DNA from: an uncultured delta proteobacterium
GTDB lineage: Bacteria; Myxococcota; Myxococcia; Myxococcales; Anaeromyxobacteraceae
Assembly: GCA_963845515.1 (NCBI GenBank)
Contig: CAWJSR010000023.1
Location: forward strand, 64,001 to 128,000
Direction of reading: 5' to 3'
DNA: 64,000 nucleotides
Shown: positions 38,837 to 49,718 of the stretch, piece after piece
Position numbering within the stretch: position 1 is the stretch's first letter
Layout: the number at the start of each line of letters is the position of its first letter
Made by a program: the position numbers and the translations under genes
Notes under the pieces: generated by a model
The model's input: the letters and a program-made list of their open reading frames with translations, nothing else
What the model was told of the DNA's origin: nothing
The model's database searches: none

Positions 38837-41800
38837 CTAGGCGGCCGAGGCTTCGCGCGCCCGCTCGGAGAGGCGCACGCTCACCAGCTTGGAGACGCCC
38901 GGCTCTTCCATGGTCACCCCGTAGAGCGTGTCGACCATCTCCATGGTCCGCTTGTTGTGGGTGATCAGGATGAACTGGGAGGTAGAGGACATCTCCCTGA
39001 CGATCTCGTTGTACCTGCCCACGTTCGCGTCGTCGAGGGGCGCGTCGACCTCGTCCAGGAGGCAGAACGGGGTGGGCTTGATGAGGAAGATCGCGAAGAT
39101 GAGCGCGACTGCCGTGAGCGCCTTCTCGCCGCCGGACAACAGATTCACGCTCTGCAGCTTCTTGCCGGGGGGCTGCGAGAAGATCTCGACGCCCCCCTCG
39201 CCGTCGCCGCCGTCGTCCTGGGTGAGGACGAGCCCGGCGCGTCCCCCGTTGAACAGGCGCGGGAAGACCTGCTGGAACTTCTCGTTGACCCGGTCGAAGG
39301 TCTCGCGGAACCGGTCGCGGCTGGCGCGGTTGATCTTGACGATCGCCTGCTTGAGGTCGGCGAGCGACGCCTCCAGGTCCTTCTTCTGGTCTCCGAGGAA
39401 GGCGTGGCGGCGCGCGAGGTCGTCGTACTCCTCGATGGCGGTCAGGTTGATGGCCCCCATCCTGTCCGCCTGCCCCTTCAGCTCGTCGAGCCGGTCGCGC
39501 TCGGCGTCGCCTGGCGGGCGCTCGAGGTGGAAGCGGGCGACCTCCAGCTTGAGCTCGACCTGGCAGCGCTCGCGCGTCTGCTCCTCCAGGTGGGCCAGCG
39601 CCAGCGCCTGCTCGCGCCCCGTGAGCGCGGCCTCGGAGGCGTCGTGGTTCGCCTCCTCGGCGCGCCGGCGGATGTCGCGGATCTCGGCGTCGCGAGCGCG
39701 CGTGGAGACCGACACCTGCTCGTGTGCGGCGCGCGCGGCGGCGAGCGCCTCGCGGACCTGGGCGAGGTCCGACTCCAGGCGGTCCAGATCGAGCCGGCTC
39801 CCCTCGACGCGGCCCCGCAGCTCACCGGCACGGCCGTTCTGCTCCGTGAGGGTGGCGAAGAGCCTGGCGCGCCGCTCGTCGACCTCGCGCCGGGACTCGT
39901 CGACGCGCCTGAGCGAGTTCCCGATCGCCTCGCGCCGCTCGGCGTCCGCGGCCACCTTCACCTTCAGGTTGAGCTGCTCGGCGGTGAGCCCCTCGCTCCG
40001 CTGCTTGAGGGCGTCGATCCGCTCGTTCAGCTCGCGGGTCCGCTCCTCGACGCGGGACTGCTCGGCCTCGGCGGTGGCGGCGCCGAGCCGGTGCTCCTCC
40101 TCCTCGCGTGCGAGGCCGGTGAGCCCCTCGTCCAGCTGGGCGCGCTCGGCCTCGAGCTGGCCGATCCGCTCGGCGACGCGCTCGAGCTCCTCGCCGAGCC
40201 GCGCCAGGTCCTTCTCCTGGTCGCGCAGCGCGAGGTCCTTCTCGTGGCCGTCCTTGTCGAGCGACTTGAGCGCCGACTCGAGCTGGAGGAGCCGCGCCTG
40301 CAGCGTGCGGTGACGCTCCTGGGCGAGGGCGAACTCGGCCTCGAAGGCGCGGACGATCTCCTCCAGCTCTGCCACCTCGCGGCGGCGCTGCAGCGCGCCG
40401 TGCCCCTCGCCCTCGAGCGGCCCGCCGGTGACGACGCCCCACGGGTCGAGCACCTCGCCGTCGAGCGTGACGAGCGTCCGCTTCTGCGCGGACGACTGCC
40501 AGATCTCCAGCGCGCTCGGCAGGTCGCGGACGATCACGGCGTCGGAGAGGAGGAACCGGGCGACCTTGTCGTAGGACGGGTCGAAGGTGACGACGTCGAG
40601 GCAGGCCGCGACGAAGCCGGGGTGGTTCCGGTCGATCTCGGGCGGGGCCTCCGTGGAGTCGACGAGCCGCGCCATCGGGATGAGCGAGGCGCGCCCCTCC
40701 GCGGCGGTCTTCAGGTAGTCGATCGCCTCGACCCCCTGCGAGTGGCTCTCGACGATGACGTACTGGAGCCGCTCGCCCAGCACGGCCTCGACGGCGGTCT
40801 CGTACTCGGGCGGCGCGCCGACGACGTCGGCCACCAGCCCGAAGATGCCGCGGTCGCGTCCCTCGGCCTGGCCCGCGCGGGTCATCAGGCTCCGTACCCC
40901 GCGGCCGTAGCCCTCGTAGTTGCGGACGATCTCGAGGAGGCTGTGGAGGCGCGAGCGCTTCTCGGCCAGCTCCTCACGGAGGGTGATGAGCTTGGCCTCG
41001 TTCTGGATGAACTCGGAGCGGGTCCTGTCGAGCAGCTCCTCCTGCGCCCCGCGCTGCTCCTCGAGCCGAAGCTTGAGCTGCCGGGTCTGGCCCAGCTTCT
41101 CGACGTGCTGCGTGCGCGAGCCGTCGAGGTTGGTGGCGCGGTGCGCCAGGTCGTCGACCTCTGCCCGGTTCTTCTGGTGGCGGGACCGGAGGTCCAGGCG
41201 CTGCCGCTCGATCTGGGCCAGCTGCGTCTTGGCGGAGGCGGCGCGGGAGAGGGCGCCGGAGCCCTCGCCGCGGATCCGGTCGAGCTCCGCCTGTGCCTGG
41301 CCCTGCTCGATGGCGAGCGACCGCAGCGCCGCCTCCGCCTCCGCGAGCCGGCCGTCGTCGGCGCCGGCGAGCCCCTGGAGCTCGTCGCGCTGCTGCTCGA
41401 GTGCCTCGCGCTCCTGCGAGAGGGCCTCGGCCTGCGCCTTGAGCGCCTCGACCTCGTCGGCCTGGGCGCGGGACCGGTCCGCGATCTGCTCGAGCTCGCG
41501 GGCGGCGGCCTCCACCGAGACCTCGTTGACCCTGGCGGCGCTCTCGAGCTCGTGCTCCTGCGCCGTCAGCTCCTGGAGGCGCGCCTCGCCCTCGGCGAGC
41601 CGGCCGCGGTCGGCCTCGGTGGCGGCCTCCAGCTCGACGATCCGGGCCGCCAGCTCGGCGGCCTCGCGGGCGAGCCCGGCGTGGCGCTCCTCGGCGGCGC
41701 GGCGCGTCGCGGTCAGCTCGAGGAAGCGCGCCGCTGCGGCGCGGAGCTCGAGCTCGCGGATCTCCGCCTTGATCGCCTTGTACTTCTCGGCGCGGCGGGC

Positions 41801-42436
41801 CTGGCGGTTGAGGCTCTCCAGCTGCTTCCCCAGCTCCTGGACGATGTCTGCGACGCGCGTCAGGTTCTGGTGCGTCGCCTCCATCTTCCGCTCGGCCGCC
41901 TCGCGGCGCTTCTTGTACTTCGTGATGCCGGCCGCCTCCTCGATGATGGCGCGCCGATCCTCGGGGCGGGCGGACACGATCTGGCCGATGCGCCCCTGCT
42001 CGATGATCGAGTAGGCGGTGCGCCCGACGCCGGAGCCGAAGAAGATCTCGTTCACGTCCAGCAGCCGCGCCGGGACGCCGTTGACGATGTACTCCGACTC
42101 GCCCGTGCGGAAGAGGCGGCGCCCGACGGTGATCTCGCCGAAGCCCTGGAACGCCGCGGGGAGCTCGCTCGGCCGGTCGTTGACGAAGGTGAGCATCACC
42201 TCGGCCATCGACAGCGGCGGCTTGGTCTCCGAGCCGTTGAAGATCACGTCCTCCATCGAGCGGCCGCGAAGCTGGCGCGCCGACTGCTCCCCGAGGACCC
42301 AGCGGATGGAGTCGGCCACGTTCGACTTTCCGCAGCCGTTCGGCCCGACGACGCCCGTCACCCCATCGTCGAAGACGACGGTGGTCCGGTCCATGAATGA
42401 CTTGAACCCGACGACATCGAGCCGCTTGATCCGCAT
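38837..42436 (-). CDS. smc: Chromosome segregation protein SMC
   Basis: GFKSF, GPNGCGKSN, long coiled coils with hinge, LSGGEK, LDEVDAPLD. Confidence 0.98.
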   Translation of the reverse strand: MRIKRLDVVGFKSFMDRTTVVFDDGVTGVVGPNGCGKSNVADSIRWVLGEQSARQLRGRSMEDVIFNGSETKPPLSMAEVMLTFVNDRPSELPAAFQGFGEITVGRRLFRTGESEYIVNGVPARLLDVNEIFFGSGVGRTAYSIIEQGRIGQIVSARPEDRRAIIEEAAGITKYKKRREAAERKMEATHQNLTRVADIVQELGKQLESLNRQARRAEKYKAIKAEIRELELRAAAARFLELTATRRAAEERHAGLAREAAELAARIVELEAATEADRGRLAEGEARLQELTAQEHELESAARVNEVSVEAAARELEQIADRSRAQADEVEALKAQAEALSQEREALEQQRDELQGLAGADDGRLAEAEAALRSLAIEQGQAQAELDRIRGEGSGALSRAASAKTQLAQIERQRLDLRSRHQKNRAEVDDLAHRATNLDGSRTQHVEKLGQTRQLKLRLEEQRGAQEELLDRTRSEFIQNEAKLITLREELAEKRSRLHSLLEIVRNYEGYGRGVRSLMTRAGQAEGRDRGIFGLVADVVGAPPEYETAVEAVLGERLQYVIVESHSQGVEAIDYLKTAAEGRASLIPMARLVDSTEAPPEIDRNHPGFVAACLDVVTFDPSYDKVARFLLSDAVIVRDLPSALEIWQSSAQKRTLVTLDGEVLDPWGVVTGGPLEGEGHGALQRRREVAELEEIVRAFEAEFALAQERHRTLQARLLQLESALKSLDKDGHEKDLALRDQEKDLARLGEELERVAERIGQLEAERAQLDEGLTGLAREEEEHRLGAATAEAEQSRVEERTRELNERIDALKQRSEGLTAEQLNLKVKVAADAERREAIGNSLRRVDESRREVDERRARLFATLTEQNGRAGELRGRVEGSRLDLDRLESDLAQVREALAAARAAHEQVSVSTRARDAEIRDIRRRAEEANHDASEAALTGREQALALAHLEEQTRERCQVELKLEVARFHLERPPGDAERDRLDELKGQADRMGAINLTAIEEYDDLARRHAFLGDQKKDLEASLADLKQAIVKINRASRDRFRETFDRVNEKFQQVFPRLFNGGRAGLVLTQDDGGDGEGGVEIFSQPPGKKLQSVNLLSGGEKALTAVALIFAIFLIKPTPFCLLDEVDAPLDDANVGRYNEIVREMSSTSQFILITHNKRTMEMVDTLYGVTMEEPGVSKLVSVRLSERAREASAA

Positions 42437-42647
42437 GGCCGGAGGGGTAGCACACCCCATGGGCCGTTTCAATCCAAGCCTATGATCACACGGGGTTTTA
42501 TGCTCGGTCACCCCCCTGTTTGGATGGCCCCCAGAAGAATTCGCCCATCAATACGCGGCGTTGCGTGACGTGCGATGTATCGTCACCAGAGCGGCTGCCG
42601 GACCCTTTTTTCCTGACCCCGTCCCAATCATCTAGACTCGACGCGCG

Positions 42648-45152
42648 ATGGCTCTTCTCCTGCGGCTCCTGCGTGACATCGGCCTCGCGTTCCTCGGCTC
42701 CGCCCTCCTCGGCTGGTACGTCACCCGCGGCGTGAACCCGCTCGGCAGCGAGCAGGTCTCCTCGCTCCGCTCCGCGTTCACCTGGGTGGCCGCCCTCGAG
42801 TACGCGGTGGCGGCAGGCGCGGCCTTGCTCTACACGCGCGCCTTCCGGCGGGCGCTCGCCCGCGCCGCCGCCCTCACCCGCGAGGAGGCGGTGTACGCGG
42901 CCATCTCGGCGCATCGCCTGCCGATCCGGATGGGGCTGACCGTGCTCTTCGTGGCGACCGCGGGGATCCTCCTCGTGTCGTCGCCCGCGCTGCAGACCGG
43001 TGACGCGCCGGATCTGGCGTGGGCCGGGGTCGCGGTCGGCGTCGCCACGGCGCTCCTCGCAGGGATGCTCTCCTACTCGGCGTCGGCGTCGCTGATCGCA
43101 GGCGAGATAGAGGGGCTCGGCCCAGGCGCCGAGACGGGCCTTCGCGGCAGCGTCCGCGCCAAGATCCTGGTCGCCTGCCTCGGCGTCTTCTTCATCGCGC
43201 TGCTGCTGGTCGGCGCCACGGGCTACACGCGCTACCGCGCCGACATGGATCGCGACCTCGTCGACGCAGCGCTCGGCGCGCAGCAGGGGGCCCTGGCGGC
43301 CGGGGAGGGTGATCCGTCGACGGAGCTCTCCCCCGGCGCGCAGGCGCTCGCGGTCTTCAACGTGAGCCACTTCCCGACCGCGGTCCTGGGGCCGCGCGGC
43401 GAGATCCTCGCGCGCGCCGACTCCCGCGCCGGGCGGATGACGGTCCCGTTCGCGGGCGCCTTCGGCGGCGGGACGATCAAGCGCGTGACGGGCGGCTGGT
43501 TCGTCTCCACGCGCACGCCCGGCGGCCGCACCCTCGTCTCGATGCTCGACGAGGCGCTGCTCGTGCGGCGCAGGCGCGAGTTCGTGGTCGGCATGGCGGG
43601 GATCGGCCTCGCGGTCTTCCTGGCCGCCGGGCTCCTGGCCTGGTACGCCGCCCGCGCGATCACCAACCCGTTCCGCACGCTCGGGCGCGCAGCCGACCGG
43701 ATCGCGTCCGGCGACCTCACCGCGAGCCCGCCCAGCCTGACGCGCGACGAGATGGGGATGCTCGCCACCGACTTCCGGCGCATGGCGAGCGGGCTGCGCG
43801 CCCTCCTACGGGACGTCCGCGCCGCGAACGAGGAGGTGGCGCTGGGCGCCCGCGCGACCGCGGGCATCGCGGAGCGGGTGCGCGCGGGCGCGCTCGAGCA
43901 GCACGCCACCGTCGTCGCGGTGGACGGCGCGGTGGAGGCCATGGAGGGCTCGATGGGGCTCGTCACGCGTGGCATCGACTCGCTCCAGTCCTTCGTCGAG
44001 TTGACCACGACCCTGGTGAGCGAGACGGCCTCCGCCTTCGAGGAGGTCCGCCGGAAGGGGACCGACCTGGAGCGAGCGGTCGAGACGACGCTCTCCGACG
44101 TAGGACGGCTCGCCAGCGCGGGGCACGACGCGGAGCTGCAGCTCCAGGAGCTGGAGTCGCTCGCGACCGACGCCGGGAACAGCCTGTCCGCCGTCCGGAC
44201 GTCGGCGACCACGGTGGAGAAGACCGCCGGCGAGGGGGAGTCGAACGCCGAGGCGGTCGCGCAGATGTCGGAGCGCGCCGGCGGCGTGGTCCTGGAGACC
44301 GTCCACGGCATCGAGACCCTGCGAGCCGCCGTCGGCGACGCCCACCGGCGCATCAGCGTGCTCGGCCGCCGCTCGGACGACATCGAGCAGGTGGTCGACT
44401 TCATCGCCGAGGTCGCCGGCCGCACCAACCTGCTCTCGCTCAACGCCTCGATCATAGCCTCGCAGGCGGGGGAGCACGGCAAGGCGTTCGCCGTGGTCGC
44501 CGACCAGATCCGCGAGCTCGCCGCGCAGATCTCGCGCTCGACCAAGTCGATCGGCGACATCGTCCACTCGGTGCGCGAGGAGGTGGAGGCTACGACCGCC
44601 CTCATCGACCGCGGCGACGCGCTGGCGGGCGAGGGGGTCCAGCTCGCGCGCAACTCCTACGAGGCCCTCACGCTCATCCAGCGCTCGACGGCCACCGGCC
44701 GGGAGGCCGCCGGCGGGATGCGCCGCGCGGCCGAGTCGCACGCCAGCGCCACGCGGGACGTTGCCCGGCTGGTCCAGTCGATCGCGGACGGGTCGCGCTC
44801 CGTCACGGTGGCGGTCCAGATGGTCGGGCGCAGCGTCGGGGGCGTCGAGGCGGTGGCGCGTAACGTCGGCGCGATGGCCGACGAGCTCACCCGGGCGCTG
44901 GACGGGAACGTCGGCGGCGCAGGGCGGCAACTCGAGAACGTGGGGAGGCTGGAGGCGCTCATCGCAGACACCACGCGCGCCGCGAAGGAGCACGCCGCCG
45001 CCAACCGCCGCGTACGCGACTCGATGAGGGCGCTCTCGTCCCGCGCAGCGGAGCACGAGGGGGCCGTGGAGGATCTCTTCGCCGTGGCGGAGCAGCTGGG
45101 CCAGGAGGCCCGCGCCCTGCAGGAGCAGATCGCCCGCTTCAGGCTGGGGTGA
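42648..45152 (+). CDS. Multi-TM methyl-accepting chemotaxis protein
   Basis: Several N-terminal TMs, HAMP, RTNLLSLNASIIASQAGEHGKAFAVVADQIRELA. Confidence 0.88.
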   Translation: MALLLRLLRDIGLAFLGSALLGWYVTRGVNPLGSEQVSSLRSAFTWVAALEYAVAAGAALLYTRAFRRALARAAALTREEAVYAAISAHRLPIRMGLTVLFVATAGILLVSSPALQTGDAPDLAWAGVAVGVATALLAGMLSYSASASLIAGEIEGLGPGAETGLRGSVRAKILVACLGVFFIALLLVGATGYTRYRADMDRDLVDAALGAQQGALAAGEGDPSTELSPGAQALAVFNVSHFPTAVLGPRGEILARADSRAGRMTVPFAGAFGGGTIKRVTGGWFVSTRTPGGRTLVSMLDEALLVRRRREFVVGMAGIGLAVFLAAGLLAWYAARAITNPFRTLGRAADRIASGDLTASPPSLTRDEMGMLATDFRRMASGLRALLRDVRAANEEVALGARATAGIAERVRAGALEQHATVVAVDGAVEAMEGSMGLVTRGIDSLQSFVELTTTLVSETASAFEEVRRKGTDLERAVETTLSDVGRLASAGHDAELQLQELESLATDAGNSLSAVRTSATTVEKTAGEGESNAEAVAQMSERAGGVVLETVHGIETLRAAVGDAHRRISVLGRRSDDIEQVVDFIAEVAGRTNLLSLNASIIASQAGEHGKAFAVVADQIRELAAQISRSTKSIGDIVHSVREEVEATTALIDRGDALAGEGVQLARNSYEALTLIQRSTATGREAAGGMRRAAESHASATRDVARLVQSIADGSRSVTVAVQMVGRSVGGVEAVARNVGAMADELTRALDGNVGGAGRQLENVGRLEALIADTTRAAKEHAAANRRVRDSMRALSSRAAEHEGAVEDLFAVAEQLGQEARALQEQIARFRLG

Positions 45153-46314
45153 TCAGTCCTCGGGCGTCTGCTGCTGCCGCCTCATCCTCGGCGGCCGGCC
45201 GGCCGGGAAGAGCGGGTCTGGCGCCCGCCTGGCGGGCCGGACCTCTCGAACGCCCTGGGGCCGGGCGGCGCGGACGCGTCGGGCTCGGGCCGGGAGGCCC
45301 CCCTGGCACGTTGGGCGGCTGCGGAGCGGTGGGTCCCGGGAACGCGGGCATCCGCTGCATGCCGGGTCCCACGCCGCCGCCGGCCGCGATCGGGCGCGCC
45401 TGCGGGCTCCCGAGGCTGCCGTAGAGCTGGAGCGCGTAGAAGCCGTCCTTTCCGCGCGCGCCCTTCAGGGCGAGGTCGAGCAGCGCCTTGAACGAGGCGT
45501 TGCCCGGGCGATCGAGGAAGGCGTCGGAGATCCTGACGCCGATCTTCCCGTAGATCGGAGAGGTCGCGAGCCGTCCCTGCGGCACGAAGTAGAGCCCGTC
45601 CGAGTTGAGCTCGGCCTCCCCGTTGCGCGCCTCGAGCTTGTCGAAGGTCCCCTTCCCGCCGGCGAGCACGACGTCGGCGGCCAGCCCGCCGAGGCCGACG
45701 CGCGGGATGTTGAGCGGGGTGCTCATGCCCGGGAGCGGGAGCTGTCCGCCGTTCACGCCGGCCTCCGCCACGGCGAGCTCGACGCGTCCGCTCGGCTTGG
45801 CGTTGGGCTCTCCGGGGAGCGTCACGTCGACGCTGCCGGAGAGGAGTCCGAGCAGCTCCAGCCGGAGCGCCTGGCGCAGCGGCGCGGCGCGAGCGAGGTC
45901 GAGCCCCGCGATCGCCGCGACGATCCGTCGATCGCCGGCCCCGACGTCCGCCGTCCCCTCGATCGTGCCGTCCCAGACCTTCACGTCGAACGACACGCTC
46001 TTGCGGCCGACGAGGAGCGGCAGCAGCCGGAAGGAGACCGAGACCTCCTCGAGCGACACGCGCAGCCCGCCGCGATCCTCCAGGACCACGTCGGTGGCGC
46101 GCATCCCGACGATCCCTGCTGGCCCCACCTCGGCCGAGTCCACCTGCCAGCCGCGGGCGCTCGCCTCGAGGATGAGCCGCTCCTTCAGCGCCTCCACGGG
46201 GAACGTCTGGCGGAAGGCGAGCACGAACGCCAGGGCGAAGAAGGCGGCGTACGCGAGCCGCGGCCTCCAGACCTTCCAGTCGATCTGCCGGAGACGAGAG
46301 AGGGAGAGTTTCAC
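45139..46314 (-). CDS. gspN: T2SS protein GspN (tail possibly frameshifted; alternative stop 45153)
   Basis: N-terminal TM followed by TFP and a beta-rich body; last gene of the gsp operon. Confidence 0.78.
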   Translation of the reverse strand: MKLSLSRLRQIDWKVWRPRLAYAAFFALAFVLAFRQTFPVEALKERLILEASARGWQVDSAEVGPAGIVGMRATDVVLEDRGGLRVSLEEVSVSFRLLPLLVGRKSVSFDVKVWDGTIEGTADVGAGDRRIVAAIAGLDLARAAPLRQALRLELLGLLSGSVDVTLPGEPNAKPSGRVELAVAEAGVNGGQLPLPGMSTPLNIPRVGLGGLAADVVLAGGKGTFDKLEARNGEAELNSDGLYFVPQGRLATSPIYGKIGVRISDAFLDRPGNASFKALLDLALKGARGKDGFYALQLYGSLGSPQARPIAAGGGVGPGMQRMPAFPGPTAPQPPNVPGGPPGPSPTRPRRPAPGRSRGPARQAGARPALPGRPAAEDEAAAADARGLITPA

Positions 46315-46316
46315 GT

Positions 46317-46907
46317 TCAGCCCTTGAGCTGGAAGTTGGAGACGACGACCGTCGCGTCGACCACCTTGGGGTCGTCGGACCGCGTGGCGAGCCTGACGCG
46401 GCGGACGCGGACCACCCCCTGGCCGCCCTCGAGCGCCTGGAGGAAGCGGCCGAGCTTCGCGGGATCTATGCGCGGGAGGCTGACCTCCACGCTCTCGGCC
46501 ACGATCCCGTCCGTCTCCTCGGGGGCGCCGGACGGGCGGAGGTCGCCCACCTCTATGCCGAGCGTCTGCCCCGTCTGGGAGACGTGCGTCATGATCGGGA
46601 TCGGCGGCGCCTTCAGCCGCGCCTCCAGGGCGTGGCGCTCCGCCTGGGCGCGGCGGTAGCCCTCTGCGAGCTGCGCCACCTGGGAGAGGACCCGCGTCTT
46701 CTCCTCGATGCGGCGCTGGCTCGCGGTGGTGGCCATCGAGATGCGCGTCACGACCATGAGGATGACGAAGGCGATCACCGCCGCGGTCGCGCCGGAGACC
46801 AGGATGCGCTCACGTGGCGAGAGCCGGTTGAACCACGCCTCGAGCTGGGCGCGGAGCCTGCCGAGCCAGGCGCCTGCGTCGGCGCGGAGCTTTCGGAGCG
46901 TCTCCAT
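46317..46907 (-). CDS. gspM: T2SS protein GspM
   Basis: WFNRLSPRERILV-TM; ATG coupled to the gspL stop. Confidence 0.82.
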   Translation of the reverse strand: METLRKLRADAGAWLGRLRAQLEAWFNRLSPRERILVSGATAAVIAFVILMVVTRISMATTASQRRIEEKTRVLSQVAQLAEGYRRAQAERHALEARLKAPPIPIMTHVSQTGQTLGIEVGDLRPSGAPEETDGIVAESVEVSLPRIDPAKLGRFLQALEGGQGVVRVRRVRLATRSDDPKVVDATVVVSNFQLKG

Positions 46908-48536
46908 CACGGCTTCCTCCCGGGCTCCACGGCCCCCTCGACGCAGGTGAGCGAGGCGTCGGCAGAGAACTCGAACTTCGCCTCGGTGCCGCGCCGGCGG
47001 GCGCCGCCCGACCTGGCGTCGCCGAAGCAGCGGGAGCCGCGCAGCGCGCCGACCAGCTTGTCCACGTTCTCCGCCGCCTCGGTGGTGCCCTGCACGTGCA
47101 GCTTGTCGCGCGTGATCTCCACGCGGTCGAACCGCATCGGCACGCCGTCCGGCAGCCTGGCCGTCAGCTCCGCCAGCACCTCGACGGCGGTGACCTTCGG
47201 GATCGCGGCGGTGGGCGTGCCGCGGCCACGGAGCGTCTGGACCGCGATCTCGTAGTTGTCGATGCACTTGCCGAGGATCTTCTGCTCCGCCTCGCAGAGC
47301 GCCTTGTCGAGCGCGTCCTCCTGGCGGGTGAGCGCCCAGGCCTGCACGCCCGCGCCGACGATCGCCAGGATCACCACCAGCAGCGCCTGGACCCCGAGCC
47401 GCACCAGGCGGCCCTTGAGGTGCTCGAAGTCGCGCGTGTAGGCGAGGTCGCCGCGACGCAGGTTGAGCCGCGGCGAGCGGCCGCCGAGCCGCAGGGCGAG
47501 CGAGAGCGCCAGCGCGAAGGCCGGGCACCTCCCGCGCCGGGATCCCCTCCGCAGTGGGGCCGGTGAGGGCGAGGGGCGAGATGGGCCCCTCGACCTCGGG
47601 ACCGAGCAGCTCCGGGAGGCCGGGGAGGCGCCCCAGGCCACCGGCGAGCAGGAGCGCCGCGACCGGGCGCGCCGGCCCGCGGGCGCGCCAGGCGCGGAGC
47701 GTGGCCCGCAGCTCGCGAACCAGCGGCGCCAGCGCCCGCCGCAGCGCCTCCGCGGCGCGCGGCTCGGTCGAGAGGGAGAGGAGGGGCTCCGGGGGCGCGA
47801 CGCCGTCCAGCTCGGACGCGAGCAGCAGCGCAGCGTCCGGCTCCGGGATCGCCAGGTCGCGGGCGAGCGACCGGACCACGTGCGCGCTGCCGAACGCGAA
47901 GCTGCGGGCGGCCTCGCAGGTGCCGTCCGCGACGACGCAGACGTTCGTCCGCTCCTGTCCGACGTCCAGGATCGCGGTCGCCGGGACGGGGACCGCGAGG
48001 GTCGGGGCTGGCTCTGCGGCCAGCAGGTCGTGGCCCAGGAGGGAGGCGTACGCTGGCGCCGCCGGGATGACGACGCGCGGGTCGATCCCCGCCGACGCGA
48101 GGGAGGCGAGCAGCCCCGAGAGCTCCTCCTTGCGGACCACGCCGACGTAGAGCTCCGACTTCCCGTCGCGCGCGGTCATCGGCTGCCAGTCCCAGGCGAC
48201 CTCGGTCAGCTCGAACGGGATCTGCCCCTCGATCTCGAACGCGATGGTCTGCTCGATCCGGCGCGGATCGGTGAAGGGGAGGGTGACGACGTGGGAGGCG
48301 GCGGCGGCCCCGGGGACGGCGGCCGCCACTGTGTCCGGCGTCCAGCCTCTCGCGGCCAGCAGGTCGCGGACCGCGGCGGCCTGCCGGTCGCGCAGCGAGC
48401 GCTCCTGGCCCTCGAGCGTGGGCGGGACGGGGACGCTGGCGGCGCCGGTGACGGTCCACCCGCGAAGCGTGCTCTCGACGAGCACCGCCTTGACGGAGTG
48501 GGAGCCGAGGTCGAGGCCTAGGATCGTCTGGGCCAT
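46907..48536 (-). CDS. gspL: T2SS protein GspL (PilM-like actin fold); frameshift near 47525
   Basis: ILGLDLGSHSVKAV, ILDVGQERT, LAGGLGRLPGL, then LNLRRGDLAY-TM in the second frame. Confidence 0.85.
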
Positions 48537-48540
48537 TCTG

Positions 48541-49716
48541 TCATTCCTCGCGCCAGTGGAGCAGGAGCCCGCCGTCTGGCGCGGGCTGCCCCCTGTTCTG
48601 GCTCGAATCGAAGGAGACCACCGCGTCGACACGCCGCTCGGTCGCGCCTGCAGCGCCGGTCGCGCGGATCCGGTAGACGAGCGAGCGGTCGGTGAAGGGG
48701 CTGTCGGCGCCACTCAGCGCGGCAGCTCCCACGGTGACGCCGAGCGGCGGGAGCAGCTCCGCGAAGTCCTTTGGGGCGATCGTGACGATCCCGCCGAGCC
48801 GCCTCTCGACCACCGCCTTCCTCAGCTTCCCCGGGAAGGCGAGGTCCGTGAGCGCCGGCTGCCCCGGGGGGTCCGCCATCACGCGGGCGATCAGGAGCAG
48901 CTCCTTCTCGTCGAGCGTGTTGACGTTGATGCGGCCGGACAGGTGCGTGTAGACGGTGAGGTGGCCGCCGAAGGCGGCCATGAAGGCGTCGTCGATCCCG
49001 GCCACGAGGTAGAGCTCGTCGAGCGAGTCGAAGCGCGCGTTCTTCGGCTCGTACCGGTCTTCGCCCCGCGAGTACGGTTGGCTCTCGTCGCCGAAGCCGT
49101 CGGCGAACGGCGGGTTGAGCGCGGCGGAGAAGGCCGAGCCAGTGGCGTTGTCGTCGGTCCAGTCGCGCAGGTAGACGGCGAGGTCGGTGCGGGTGACCTT
49201 GAGGCCGTTCGCGTCCTCGCGATCGAAGAGCGCGTCCCAGCGTTGGTCGCCGACGAGCTCGAGCAGCGCCTTCACCTCCGCGCCCAGGAGGTTGCCGCCC
49301 GCGAAGGCCTGGTCGAACTGGACGTTCACCTTGGTCCCCTCGTCCTCGATCCTGGCCTCGAACGTCGCGGGCGACCCGCCGCCGTCTTCGCCGGCGCCGA
49401 AGATGCCGGTGGTGAGGGCGCTCGTGACCGGTACGAGGCTCCAGACCTGGACCTTCAGCCCGCCGGCGGGCGCGTCGTCCAGCTGCTTCTGGAACTGCAG
49501 GACGAGGCGCGCGAGCTGCGTCGCGCCGCGCGCGAGGTACTCGGCCCTCAGCTCGTCGCGCGAGTTGGCCGCCGTGAGGAGCGACACGCGCGTGTTGTAG
49601 GCGAGATCCACCGCGATGGCCGTGAGGATGGCGATCGAGACGATGACGACCAGCAGCGCTGCGCCGGGATCGCGGCGGCGGGAGGCGTGGCGCGTGCATG
49701 CGAGCGGGGTGGCCAC
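48541..49716 (-). CDS. gspK: T2SS minor pseudopilin GspK
   Basis: GAALLVVIVSIAIL, IEDEGTKVNV, FDSLDELYLVAGI, INVNT. Confidence 0.87.
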   Translation of the reverse strand: MATPLACTRHASRRRDPGAALLVVIVSIAILTAIAVDLAYNTRVSLLTAANSRDELRAEYLARGATQLARLVLQFQKQLDDAPAGGLKVQVWSLVPVTSALTTGIFGAGEDGGGSPATFEARIEDEGTKVNVQFDQAFAGGNLLGAEVKALLELVGDQRWDALFDREDANGLKVTRTDLAVYLRDWTDDNATGSAFSAALNPPFADGFGDESQPYSRGEDRYEPKNARFDSLDELYLVAGIDDAFMAAFGGHLTVYTHLSGRINVNTLDEKELLLIARVMADPPGQPALTDLAFPGKLRKAVVERRLGGIVTIAPKDFAELLPPLGVTVGAAALSGADSPFTDRSLVYRIRATGAAGATERRVDAVVSFDSSQNRGQPAPDGGLLLHWREE

Positions 49717-49718
49717 GA

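Noticed and set aside
38822..42400. Very long antisense or alternative-frame ORFs (e.g. 38822..42400, 31916..35038, 52237..55275, 8836..10665)
   Set aside because: Shadow ORFs expected from high GC3 bias opposite or overlapping real genes; no recognisable motifs.
46317..48713. GspL-GspM fusion and other apparent fusions in the ORF track (e.g. 58901..61003, 51605..54988)
   Set aside because: Artefacts of a frameshift or upstream open-frame extension; separate coupled starts and stops are visible.
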